This document shows, in pieces, positions 1-12,385 of a DNA stretch of 64,000 nt. The DNA is from Vitrella brassicaformis CCMP3155. Its lineage: Eukaryota; Protista; Chromerida. Each line of letters begins with the position of its first letter. Within the stretch, counting starts at the first letter, position 1. The stretch lies in assembly GCA_001179505.1 (NCBI GenBank), contig CDMY01000322.1, positions 57,887 to 121,886 of the forward strand, in the 5' to 3' direction. The translations under genes and the position numbers were made by a program. The notes under the pieces were generated by a model. It saw only the letters and a program-made list of their open reading frames with translations, made no database searches and had not been told where the DNA came from.

Positions 1-369
1 ACAGACAGTCGGCCTCGGTCGCTTCGCGTCTGCCAACGGGTGTGTGAGGCACCTCCCTCCCTCCGCCCACCCCTGTTGAGGCTCTCTCTCCTCCTCTGCT
101 ATTTCACCCACACCGGCCAGCGTGTATATGATGTTTGTTTGTGAGGCTGTGAATAGCCGGGTGGGCGGGGCGGTGGAATGATATTATAGAAAATTCATGA
201 AGGAAATGTATCGATAAATCAATCACCTTGTACACACGTCCATCTCTCTATCTATCTCTACACACACAGCCACACCGCAGCGCCCGACGTCTCAACACAT
301 CTCATCTGCAAGGACCAATGTTCTTCCATCGTCCATTGTCAGTCATCGCCTCACAGCCATCTGTCCAGC

Positions 370-3300
370 TCACTCCACCAGCCGTGCACTTTGCCTGTCG
401 TCGCTGCCCATTGCCCTGCCCTCCCCTGTGCCGAGCCGTGACAATCGTCTCTTGAGTCGCCTACAGATGCGCTGGCACCAGGGGCAGCACACGCACAGCT
501 CATCGCGATAGCCCGTCTCGAAGTCATCCTCCTGTCCGATACACCGGCACACGCAACACAAGACACACAGAGAGGGATTGTCTGCACGCTGAGGATGGCG
601 CGGCTAGCTTACGGAATCCTCATCCTCGTCGGCAGCGACGACCTTCGAGCCTGCACACACACACACGCAGAGAGAGAGAGAGAGATCGTGTCGATGTCTG
701 CGCCCAGCAGCTGGGGATGGGATGGGCCGCTTACTTCTGCCCCAGTTGGCTCCCAGGATGTCCCGCTTGACGTTGGCAATCAGCGGCGGCTCGAAGGGGT
801 CCAGGAACAATATGCTGGTCGCTGGCGCCTCGTACAGACGGACAGTGTGCTGATCGTCCTGTAAGGGCAAGGCGGACAGGCAGGCAAATCCACGGAGAGC
901 GTATGTATGTGTGTCGGTGTCTACCTCGTCAATGTCGTCCTCCTGTGTGTCTGCCATTTTGCCCTGGACGGCGTGGAAGGCGTCGAGCCACACCTGCCGG
1001 TGCTGCATGGTGGGGGCGTGGAAATCATACACACGCGGCGGCAACGTGGGGCCCGCGCGCTGCAGCTGCACACACACACACACACACACACAGAGGGGCG
1101 GAGGATTTATGCTGGCCATTGATTGCATCTGTCTGCCAGTGATGTGTTTCATCCATACGAGTTGGAATCTGAGGTGCTGCGGGTCGTCCTCAGGGTCCGG
1201 CAGCCGGACGTCGGTGACGAACTTGAGGTCCACACTCCCCTGAGTGCACTCAGTCATGTCATTCACGCAGCCATGATTGTGCCTGTCTGTCTGTCTGCCT
1301 GCCTGTCCATTTTGTGTGCCGTGCCTACCTGTGAGATGGGGTTGTCTCGTGAAGGGTACCAGTAGAGCCGGCCGTTCTTGATGGCGCACCAATGCAGCTG
1401 CCAGCTGATCGATTCCAGGGGGAGTGAGTGACACAACGAGGAGAGAAGGGTGTGTGAGTCACCGACCGACCGACATGAATGAATGAATGGCTGGCTGGCT
1501 GGCGGGGACTTGCCTTTGGTTGAGGTGGCGAAGGTCTGGCCCCGATGTGACGGCGAGGGCCTGACTCTTGGCCACGTCCGCCAAACCTGCAACCAACAAT
1601 AGCAAGGCACATACACACACACACACACATGGTCAGGCAAGCATTCATTGCGCCCGTCTGACGTACCCCTCTTCTCGAAGTCTTTCTTGTACAAATGCCC
1701 CTCGCAGACCACGACGGGCAGCGTGGACTCAGCCATGATGTACTCCTCCTCGATATCCACACCCTCCTGCAAACACCACACAAACGACGGCCGGTGCATC
1801 CATCATTCTCCCTCCCTCTCCCTCCCAAGGATCGGTGCTCACAAATGAGCTCGACAGCTTCTGCATCTCAATCTCCTCCGTCGACTCGCCCCCCCTGGAC
1901 ACTGGCGAGCTCCCCGTCACACTCACAGACGGCCGGCTGCCATCCCGCGTTGACATCTCGCCAATCGACCCCCGCTCCCTCGCCGTCCCTCCAAATGACG
2001 GAGTTGGGCATGGGTCAGGCGTGGGGCTCTCGCCGCCTGGCCGAGTGAGGGCGGCCGCCCTTCTCCTGCTGGCCTCTGTGGGTGTGGACGGCGAGGGGTA
2101 TGGGGTGCGGATGAGTGCGGGGTGGGGGCTGACGTCACGGGCGCTGAGGAACCAGTCGAGGTTGTGCACCTGCGAGTCGGACTCTGCTCACACACACACA
2201 GAGAGAGAGAGAGAGGAGGGTGACTGGGTGTGTGTGTGTTGTGGGTGCTGGTACCTCCTGGCGGCAACGAGTCGGTGCTCTCCTGCCGCTCAGTCAGCCT
2301 GAAGAAACGACATTCAGACAAGAGTCGGGTACCTAGGTGGGTTGGGTGCTCTTCTTGTCGTCACATCTGACCTTTCCTCCCGTTGCTCTCCTATATCGGG
2401 CTCGGCTGCCGGCGGCGGCAGCGGTGGCGTGACGTGTCCCTTGCGCGGCACTGCGACCGTTTTGGACCTGCCTGCAGACTGCCGGCCCCCCCTGGTCTCT
2501 CGCTCCTCCCACATGCGCCCCGAATGCTGCCAGACAGACAGACAGACAGACAGGTGTGGTGTGTGTGGATCGTTGCCTTTGTTTCTTCCTTTCGGCCTTG
2601 TGCGTACTCTTCTCAGCGTGGCGACTTTGGTCCAGTGGAGCTCCTCGAACACCGAGCCCGTTATCGACGGCAGCCGCTCGCGACCACCGTCGCTGCACAC
2701 ACACACACACACACACAAAACCGATTCCCTTGTTCATTTCCCACAAGCCCCTGCAGACGTACGATCTCAACTGCCTTCGCGATTCGGCGTCTTGTGGCCC
2801 CCTTGTGGGTGTCCGGGATGGCTGTGTCGATGCGTCCGGCGACCGTGGTCCGGTGAGGGGGACGAACCTGAGGAGGCCGCCGGTCGGGGATGAGGCTGCT
2901 GTGTCGGGTTCGGGTGGGGCGCCCTCTTCCTCGTTGATGGACGACAGGGCCTCCTGGCAGCTGCTCAACACCTGATAGAGAGAAGGGCAGAGTGAGGGGT
3001 GGGGGTGTTGGGGGGTGTGTGTGGTTGCTGACTTCGTCTTTTTCCATCTTGTTGATGTCGTCTCTGAGAGCCACCAGCTGGGTGACCACATACATGTCGA
3101 AGAAGGGCCCGTACTTGCGCCGAAACTCGCACACCTGACACACACCACACACGACAAGAAAAGACAGACACCCTCTTCTCCTCTATGGGCCAAGCCACCT
3201 TGAAGGTGAGGAAGTCCGGCCGCTCCTGCAGCACGTCGCTCATGTCTTGCAGGATGGCCACTCGCCGCTTGGTGGCGGCCTCGCCCAGGAAGCTCTCGAA

Positions 3301-5734
3301 GAACTCACCCAACACGCCATAGTCGTTCCGGATCTTGGTCACCAGACGGGGGCGATCGGGGCGAGGGACGGGGTACCTGCCAAACACCCGACACACACAT
3401 TTGATGGATGGATGGATGGATGGAGCAGGGCGTATTATTACTTGATGAGGCCCTTGAGGTATATGACGAGTATGTGGTGGAGCAGCTGTGCGGCGATCCG
3501 CTGGACAAACACCCATTGCAAGTCCTCCTGCAGACGCTCAAGGGACGACGCCAGCAGCTCTGGGGGTGGCAAAAGTCGGACAGGACAGGACAGGCACACA
3601 ATGAGAGACGACCGTCCTGCCCTGCTGTTGTCGCTAGGCTGCTTTGCTTACGGATGGTCACGTGTCTAACGGGCATATCGATGACGTTCTTCCTCCTCAG
3701 CAACACAGCCGCATTGTTCAGCAGCCTACAACACACCGCACACACCACACCAAGTCCGAGGAACAGACCTTTGTCTGCCCGTGTCGCGTGTCGAAGCGCA
3801 CGGCCATCACCTGATGGCCAGCAGCTCCTCGACGATGGACGCGAGCGCGGCGAACCGCCTGGCCTCCTCGCGCAGGCTCAGAGAGGCCACTCGGTCGTCG
3901 GCGTCCATCATCCCGCCACCGAGGGTCGACGAGGAAGCGGCTGCTGTGTCGGGCTGCTCCGTCTCATAATTCAGACCCATATACCGATCTATAGTATACA
4001 CACAAAAGTGATCGACCACAGCGGTGCGGCGGTTTCTGCCTCCTTGCTTCGCTCTTTCCTTCTCACCGGTCGCCGCGCATTTCTCGATGAAAAGTGAGGT
4101 GTTGTTGAGCTGTGCGGCAAGGAAGTCCAGCCTCAGGTAGCCCTCCACGCCGCCCTCCGCCAGCAGCAGCTCCCGCAAAGTGACCTGGTAGTGGAACACC
4201 ACCGCCTTGGTGATCTCCAGCACCTTCTCGCTCAGCACACGGATGCGGGCGTCACGCGCTTGGGCTGACAGGGGGAGAGAGAGAGAGGAATGGCCGTGGG
4301 TGTGTGTGTGTGTACCGAGGTATGTGGTGACGAGATGGAAGAGGTCCACTGGGGCGGAGGTGTAGATCCAGTTCTCGATGGCGTGGCGGATGGGGCAGAA
4401 AATCGTCTCCTGACACACAGGGCACGAGTGTCGTCTTAGTGTCAATAGCGTCAGTCCCACCAACCACACCTGTTTGACAAGGTTGAAGACGAGCGGCACT
4501 GTGTTGGCGAGCACCCGCCGCGCGTATGCCTCGGCGAGGGCCTCAATGGCGGCGGGGTAGCAGAGGTCGAACACACCATACTCCTCATACCCAGTGCTCA
4601 ACACGTGCAGGAACTCCAGAATCGACTAACACACACACACACACACACACAGACGGCTCTCTCTCTCTCTCTCTGTGTGCGTGTGTGTGTGTGTGTGTGC
4701 GGCTCACGAAGACTTTTGCAGGGGGCATGGCCATGGTGTTCCGGAGGTCCCCAATGTCAACTTCCCCCTGTCGCTCCACATCGTGCCGCACAGCCGCCGT
4801 CCAGAAGTCCGCCAGCCCCACCAGAATGGGCCGGAGGTACTGCTCCACGATGAAGGCACACACGTCCTTCCGGGGCGGCCGCACCGACGTGGCCGCCTGC
4901 AGCAATGCCCCACACTCGTTGCTGAAGTCCTCGAGAAGCACCAGCAGCTGACATGGCCACCACAGAGACGGCCTCAGCTGCGTGTGAATGGAATGTGTTG
5001 GTGTGTGTACTTTGTCGATAGGGATGTCGGTAGCGTGGCTGGCGAGCAGCTGTGAGAGTGCGGGGAATGAGGTGGTGTCGGCGAGTGTCTTGGGGCTGGT
5101 CCCGCGCTCCTCGGCCACAGCCCACACAAACAACTACACACACATGAGGTCAGGGAGGGAGGAAGAGCCCAGCACCCACGTGACGACAGCGAAATGGACC
5201 GTTGAGTGCGTCTCTCCCGTCTCACCCGTGCAAGCTTGATTTTGATTGCGGCATCAGCCGCCCTCTTGCGCTCATCGGCCGGCGTCCTGTCGAACACCTG
5301 CAGCTGCTCCCTCACCGTCATATCGCGGCCCTAGCCACACACAACACAAACACCAGTCGTCCGTCACTTACACACATGGACTCTGTCTGCTAGGGCGTTC
5401 ATCGTTCACTCACCTGGTCAAGTGCCTCGGCGGCCTTCCTGGATGCCCGCAGTGCGTCGCGCCAGACGGTGGCTTCCTGCTGTGTGTCGGCCAGGATGCC
5501 CCGCAGGTAGTCGCCGCTGTGCAGGCGGACCTCAAAACCCTCGGCACGGGATATCACCTGAAGAACCGACGACCAGCCAGTGTGTGTGTTTGACTCGTTT
5601 CCTCTGTTTCTTCCTTGCCTACGTCAGATATGTCGATGCAGGAGCGCAGGTCGATGGCCCCCTTGGGACAGGAGCCGTCCATCTCTGCGGCGAAGTAGTA
5701 CAGCGTGTCCGCCTGCACTCCCAGCGGAAACCTA

Positions 5735-5771
<37 letters not shown>

Positions 5772-6945
5772 GCATCCTTTGCCGACACCGTGTGTGTGGC
5801 TTCTGCATGCTCACGTGGTCTCTGCAATGTGTCTGTTGATGGGCAGTGGCTGCGTGGCCCTCAGCGTGATGATGGGGCGGCTGGCGATGACCACGAAGTA
5901 GTAGCTGGTGGCGTACTGGGCAGACGAGGGGTCCTGCGCAATGATGGTGTCGCGGCGGTTCTTCTTGAGCTGCCCGAACAGCACGGACTCGAGGAAGCCT
6001 TCCTCGTCAGATGCACCCGCAGGCCCCTCCTCCTCTGCGGGTGGCTGCTCGCCTTCCGCTGATGATGCAGCCGGGCGGCTCTCGGCCCTTGACGCTTCCC
6101 ACGCCTGCAGATGACAGACAGGAGTCGACAGACAATTCGCTGCGTGTCTGTGCCTGACCATCTGCAGGGGTTCCCAGAGGCCCTTGAGTTTGAGGAACTG
6201 CCTCTTGGCGTCGGTGTTGGCGGAGTCCGGCCTGGCGGCCACCTGGTGCGGCCTGGCCTTGTACGCCCTGTATCTCGACGAACCGCCCAGCATCTCGACG
6301 AACCGCTCCTTCTTCTCCTCCTCCTCCACCGCACTGACCGATCCCATCACACACACACACACACACACACATTTTGACAGAAAGGCCGACACACGCGGGC
6401 CTGCCGCACACAAAACACCCACATACCGATCTGCGTGGAAGAGTCGCATCTTGGCTTCGAGGGCCTCCACCCATGCGTCCTTCTCGGCGGCCGTATGAGC
6501 CTTCAGGAACCAATCACGACCTGCCATGCACACCGACAGTCAGGCACCTTATCGCGCACCCGGTTGCCAATCGTCCCTCACCAGGCGAGAGCAGCGTGAA
6601 TTTGGTGGCGTCTTCGATGTGTATGCTCGACACGGCCATGAGGTTGATGATGCCCTTGGGCGGGTCAAGCTCTATCGACACCCCCGCCCTGGGCACCTTC
6701 CGCCAGTACCCCAGCTGCCGCCCGCCCTCAATCAGCTTGAAGTAGCGGTCCTGCCACCCGCCGATGAACGTGGCCGGGCGCTTCTGCAGCCATCCCTCGA
6801 CAGCAGTCGGGGAGGGCGGCCGGGAGCGGGCAGTGAACTCGACGGACTCGGCTGTGTAGTAGGGGGACGCCTCGCCATCGGTGGATTCGAACACCGCTGA
6901 CAAGACCTCCTTGATCGGACCTTCTGCCGGCGCTGCTACTGCCAT
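370..6945 (-). CDS. Multi-exon protein with two N-terminal PH domains, a central Sec6/EXOC3-like (CATCHR) helical region, a third PH domain and a Cys-cluster/basic C-terminus
   Basis: PH1: AVEGWLQKRPATFIGGWQDRYFKL...KGIINL...AEKDAWVEAL. PH2: VLFGQLKK...TLYYFAAEMDGSCPKGAIDLRSCIDI. PH3: CEGHLYKK...WQLHWCAIKNGRLYWY...RQVWLDAF. Sec6-like segments: YTSAPVDLFHLV, QLNNTSLFIE, KYGPFFDMYVVTQLVALRDD. Last exon reads EDDFETGYRDELCVCCPWCQRICRRLKRR...*, joined through donor TCC|GTAAGC. PH calls are strong; the Sec6 call is by motif resemblance only. Confidence 0.8.
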
Positions 6946-7249
6946 TGCAAGACCGCTCTCTGCACATGCAGCCGGGGGGCGTCGGGGGGGCGTCCTGACT
7001 CCTGAGACTCCGAGCGGACTCCCCGGCTCAGTCACCACTGCCAGTGGCGTCTTCTTATCGCGGCGTGCCCCTGAGCATCCTCATGCGTATTGATGTGTTG
7101 CATCAGCGACGGCCGTCTGATTGATTTGCTCATTCCTCGCTCTCTGTCGTCATCAAAGTGATAGAGGTCCTCCTCTGCTGCCGAATTCGTCGCTGATCAG
7201 TCGAAGACGCCGGAATTGCATCGACGCTGTCGGATCGCCGAGGCGGAAA
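6946..7249. promoter_or_regulatory. Short divergent intergenic region (candidate bidirectional promoter)
   Basis: About 300 bp between the inferred ATGs at 6945 (-) and 7250 (+). No specific motif identified. Confidence 0.4.
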
Positions 7250-9047
7250 ATGTTGGCGAGGAGGCTTTTCAAGCGCATTGGCGTGCTTCTGACGGCGAGT
7301 GGAGTCGCATCAGCTGGGCTGAAGACCCTCTTCGGTCGCCGAAGGTAGAGGAGATGAATCTCTCTCACAGTGTATCACTGACTCATGCATCCCTAGCTGT
7401 CCTTTGTTTGTGCCTGCAGGTGTGCATCATGGCTGGCATCGACACGGCCGCTGCAGGGGCTGACGGCTGTCGTCACAGGTCAGTCAGCAGGAAGGAGCCG
7501 ACCACGCACAATCACGACCTACGGTGAATGGAATGTGTGTGTGTGTGTGGATCAACGTGTGTGCAGGGGCGACGAGAGGCATTGGCCGCGGCATTGCGAG
7601 TATGTCACACGCACTGACGACGGAGTGCAGACGGAGCTTTCATTTTGATTAATTCTTATTGGCTGGCTGCAGTTGGTCTGGCGGAGAGTGGTGCGACAGT
7701 GTACATCACCGGGAGGACGCTGAAGGGGGGCAAAGACACCCTGGGGTCGCTGGAGGAGGTGCAGCAGACCATCAAAGACAAAGGTGAGAGAGACCACATC
7801 CGCACAAACAAACAAGCATACAGATGGATGGATGGATGTGTGTGTGTTTGTAGGTGGCGAGTGCATTGCCTTGCAGTGCGACAGCGCAGATGACCGGCAG
7901 CTGGAGCAGCTGTTCAAGAGAGTCGAGAGGGAGAATGGCGGTCTCGACGTGCTCGTCAACAACGCATTCACAATACGTACGGCAGCACAAACCACAAAGC
8001 ACCAGCCAGACAGACAGACTTGTCAGGCAGCAAACGACCACCCGCTTTTGCCGCTGCTGTCTGTGTCTGTCTGTGTCTGTGTCTGTGTCTGTGTCTCTGT
8101 CTGTGTCTGTGTGTCTGTATGTCTGTGTGTGTGTGTTGCAGCCCAGCCAGTGAGCGACTGGATGGGCAAGCCCTTCTGGCAATCACCCGCCAAACTCTGG
8201 GACGTCATCAACGGGGTAAGACGGCGCACACGAAGGCACACATGAAGGTCACCATTACCTTAATCAACAGGTCGGTCTCCGCTCCCATTTCGTTGCGAGT
8301 GCCTTGGCAAGCCCGTTGCTGCTGCAGCGAAAGGGGCTAATCGTCAATGTGAGCAGCTGGGGCGGTGTCAGGTACATATTCCATGTCATCTACGGGATCG
8401 GCAAGGCGGGAATGGACCGTATGGCGGCCGACATGGCCGAAGAACTTAAACCGCACAACGTCACGGTCGTCAGTCTCTGGCCGGGAAAAGTAAGATCATA
8501 CACACACATGCGTCGTGACCACGGTGGGTCTCTTCAATCAATGTGTGGCTGCTGTGAATGGCAGGTGCGAACAGAGAACTTTTACAAGCTGCTGCAAGAA
8601 AACGGTCAGTCTGGAGGCATTAGGTCACTCTGATGTGGCGAGAGTGTGTGTGTTCTGGTGCGACCTGTGTCAGATCCCCTGACCAAGGGCGTGTTGGACC
8701 CCTACCTGTCTGAGTCCCCACTGTACAGCGGCCGGGCAGTGGCGGCACTGGCCTCACTCCCACCACACAAACGACTCAAGCGGACGGGATCGGTGCAGGT
8801 CAGCAAAACCCCACAACCACGTCGCACATTCTTCTTACACGTGTGTGCGTCTGTGCAGGTGACAGCCGAATTGGCGAGTGAGTTCAACTTTAACGATGAG
8901 GACGGCACGAGACCGCCCTCATTTCGGTCACTGCGATTCTTGCTGCCGTCGGGGGTGAAGGCGCTCAAGGGGAAGGAGCAGCTGGTGCCCGACATCAGGA
9001 TACCATGGTGGCTCATCAAGACACAGGCGTCGCCCAAGTTCTCATAG
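7250..9047 (+). CDS. DHRS1: Short-chain dehydrogenase/reductase, DHRS1-like
   Basis: Spliced LQGLTAVVT|GATRGIGRGIA (TGxxxGxG), GATVYITGR, LDVLVNNA, LIVNVSSWGG, YGIGKA (YxxxK), VSLWPG, ESPLYSGRAVAAL; stop at 9047. Exon 1 MLARRLFKR... splices in frame via AG|G. Confidence 0.9.
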
Positions 9048-9238
9048 ATATGCACACGAATACACTCACGGGGGGACGGTCCATTGATGGAGAGACGGAC
9101 GCACAGACGTTGATGTAAGTAACGATGGCAGATCGTCTAAGGGAGTCTCCATCTATCAGTCAGTCTAGCATCAGCCTATGCAGCGCACCCTCAACACCGA
9201 CCCACACAGACACACACACACATAATTTCCACCCACCT

Positions 9239-11027
9239 CTACAGCTCTTGGTCAGGCGGCCGCACCCCTTTGCCATCATCCCACTCCTCTCTCCATTCAC
9301 GCCGCGCCGCCTCCCCACCGGGCCCCTTCCACCGGTCGATGTACTCGCGAGAGGCCTTCAGAAAGAAGTAGGGGTCGCCCTTGCGGCCAGGGCGCTCGTC
9401 AGAGGGGTAGGTGTGGTAGCCCTCCCGCTCTACGGCAGGCTCAATCTGGCTGCCCTCGCCCCACTCGTTGAAGCTGGTCAGCCCCGCAACGGGCAGCTGC
9501 CCCTTACAATCCAAAGGCGGCTCTTCTTGAAGCAGCTGGGCAGCATCCCACATCTGCAAACAGACCAGCCAAAGGCAAGCAAGATGCACCATCGTCGAAT
9601 GGTCAGCATGTTGCCCGCCCGTGGTACCTACCTGGGCAAAGTACGCGCCGTTTTTGCGCTGCCGTGTGGTGGCCTTGTTCCAGGGGCGGATCTTGGTATC
9701 ATCGTAGCCCGGCCCCACACAGGGGATGAACTGGAACGGCCTTTTGGTGCCCATCCCCCTCCCCTGGCTGCACGCTTCCTGCTGGAACCACGGCCACCGA
9801 CTGGTTGTCGACGCGGGCGTGAAGCCGTCGCTGGCAAAGTAGGAGTAGCAGCCGTCAAAGCCCGCTCTTGCCGCATCGATGAGTGAGCTGCCGTCGAGAC
9901 AAAGGCCCATGAAGACGCCATCGATGTCGCTGCCTCTCACACAGCCGGGCCCGTCTGCCTCTGGGCATAACACCTGCTGCCATAAGGCCGGCTTGATGTG
10001 GTAGCTGTCGTACAAGTAGAACCAGGGGAGCCGCGTGATTGGGTCGCGGTAGAGCCACCGAGTGTCGTTGAATGTCCGTACGATGAACTGCATGTCGTAC
10101 TGGACTGAAGTGATGTTCCGACCTGACACAGACAGACAGACAGACGGCAGGCATCATGACACGTTGATTGATGAGGCAGAGCCCACCCCGGTATGGCTCC
10201 ATATGGAAGATGACCTTCAGCGGCGGGTCGAAGTCACCCACAGGCACCCTCTTCCGCGCCGCCCACTCCTCAATCTTCCTCTCAAGTGCCCTCACAAAGT
10301 GGTTGAGATTGCGGTGCGTCCTGACGCCCTCGCCGTCTGCCCCGCCATGGATGCCGTGCCACGATAAGACCAGCGCGTCTGCACCGATCCCCACCAGCCA
10401 GTCCATGTGCTGACCTGAAGGTGTTTGTAAAGAAAACCATCCATCATGAGAAACACAACTTGCGAGCACGTGTGTGTGTGTGTGTGTGTGTGGCTGGCTG
10501 GCTGTATGGTCTCACTTAGTAAATTGGCATCTCGGCTGCTGTAGGGCCCGAGGAGGGGATAGAAGGGCGCGTGGATGTCTGCAGGAGGCGTGTGGTTAGT
10601 ACCTACCTGCAGGCATGCGCCGTCCACACACAACACAACACAACACAACACACACGCAGTGAGTGCGGTGGTGGTACGGTATGTGTGTGACTGTGCATCC
10701 GGTCTGTCTGACCGACGTGTCGGTATAGGTCGGTGACCTCCTGCTGCCAGTGCGGCAGCACACGGTGGTTCCAGTGCTTCCACCCGCCGTCATGCTCAGG
10801 GCTGCCATACCTACACACAACATACACACGACCATTGCAGAGAGCATCGCCTTCACAGCCGTTTGTTCATCTTGCTCACTCACTCACCACATGTAGTAAA
10901 AGACGTGCACTTGCGCGTCGGCGGCTCCACACACGCTAGATGCGAAGGCGACCAGCTGCAGCAAGAAGAAGGGCAGCCACAGCGAGGACGAACCTGACCA
11001 ACAGGGCTCTTCTGCTGGTGCGGACAT
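9239..11027 (-). CDS. MANEA: Glycoside hydrolase family 99 endo-alpha-1,2-mannosidase(-mannanase)-like, with N-terminal signal/anchor
   Basis: VHVFYYMW|YGSP, HWNHRVLPHW, FYPLLGPYSSRD, LVLSW, VIFHMEPYRG, FYLYDSY, VGPGYDDTKIRPWN, TSFNEWGEGSQIEPA (ExxE catalytic pair), DPYFFL. Hydrophobic leader MSAPAEEPCWSGSSSLWLPFFLLQLVAFASSVCG. Confidence 0.9.
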
Positions 11028-11164
11028 CTGCTCTCTGCGTGTCTTCAGGGGCACAGAATCAAGATCTGCTCATAATCTGCAGCAAGTGACGCATCCATCT
11101 CAGCGCCTGCGAGCTCAGAAGTCTGTCACTTCCGCGAACCTTGTTACCCCGTGGAAGGCTTCAC
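11028..11164. promoter_or_regulatory. Very short (137 bp) divergent intergenic region
   Basis: Lies between the GH99 ATG (11027, -) and the LMW-PTP ATG (11165, +). Confidence 0.4.
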
Positions 11165-12273
11165 ATGAGGCAGAATGGTCCATATCTGTGGGCAACTGCA
11201 TTGATCTATCAAATTGTCATCTCGGCCTCATCGCATCTCTGCCTCGCGAGCGCCTCGGCTGTTGGCTTTGGCCTCCCTAGGAGGACCCTGTCTGCGCATT
11301 CGAGTGCACTTGGCGGCGGCAGCAGCTGCCGGCGCCGGCAGGTCGTGATGATAAATGGCGAGAAGAAGCCATCAAGCATTCTGTTCGTGTGCCTGGGTGA
11401 GATCCAGCGGGACATTCAGACAGCAGAAGACACGCACAAACGACTGTCTGCTGTCTGAATCTGTCCTGTTGTCGAGCCGTGCACTGCAGGCAACATCAAC
11501 CGCTCGGCAGCAGCTGAGGGCTATATGCGGTCCAAGCGGCCTTCACTGCACGTCGAGTCTGCAGGCACAGGAGGCCACTTCGCCGGGGCGGCTGCCGATG
11601 ACGACATGCAGCTGGCGGCCAGGCAGAGAGGCGTGGACCTTTCGTCGCACAGGGCCAGGCAGGTCACTGACCAAGGTGAGTGACGCCTGGCAGGCCAGAA
11701 TTGAATGAGGCCTGTGTGTGTGTGTGTGTGTGCAGATTTTGTTCGTTTTGACATGGTGGTGGCGATGGACAGCAGCAACCTGCGCAGCCTGCAGCAGAGG
11801 TGCCCTGCCGCATACCAGTCCAAGCTGCACCTCTTCTTGCCAAGTGAGTGTGTGCCGCCCACACACACACATCCACTTACACGTGAAGCCTCCCTCTCAC
11901 ACTTTTTTCTCTTTGGTCCTCTCTGCCGTGTCTGCCGTGTGCTGTGCTCGTAGAGTATGCGTCGCATCTCGGCCTGTCCGACACGCCAGATCCGTGAGCC
12001 ACGCGACACACATGCAGAGAGGCAGACGCACTCACTCACCATGGAAGCTTAGCACTCATCCGTGTGGTGTGCGAGTGTCTGTGTCTGTGTCTGTGTGGTG
12101 TCAGGTACTATGAGGGGGGCCATCTGAGAGTCTTTGATATCATCTCACAAGGTACGGTGACGAACGCATTGACACACGATACGGTCCATCCTCTCGTCCA
12201 TCCATCCATCCATCCGGCTTGCGCCTCGCCGTGTGCAGGGATTGATGGCCTGATTGCGTCCGAGAAACTCTGA
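11165..12273 (+). CDS. ACP1: Low-molecular-weight protein tyrosine phosphatase with probable bipartite (signal + transit) leader
   Basis: ILFVCL|GNINRSAAAEG P-loop, VESAGTG, RARQVT..DF..FDMVVAMDSSNL, spliced PDP|YY. The leader MRQNGPYLWATALIYQIVISASSHLCLASASAVGF... is in frame. Confidence 0.9.
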
Positions 12274-12385
12274 ACGGGGTCGTGATGACAAGCCCCGCTG
12301 ACAGAGCTCTGCTCGACTCATTATCGGTGGGACAAGCTGTCTGACGCGCTGTATGTGTGTGTCCACAAATCTTTTCGTGACCTCA

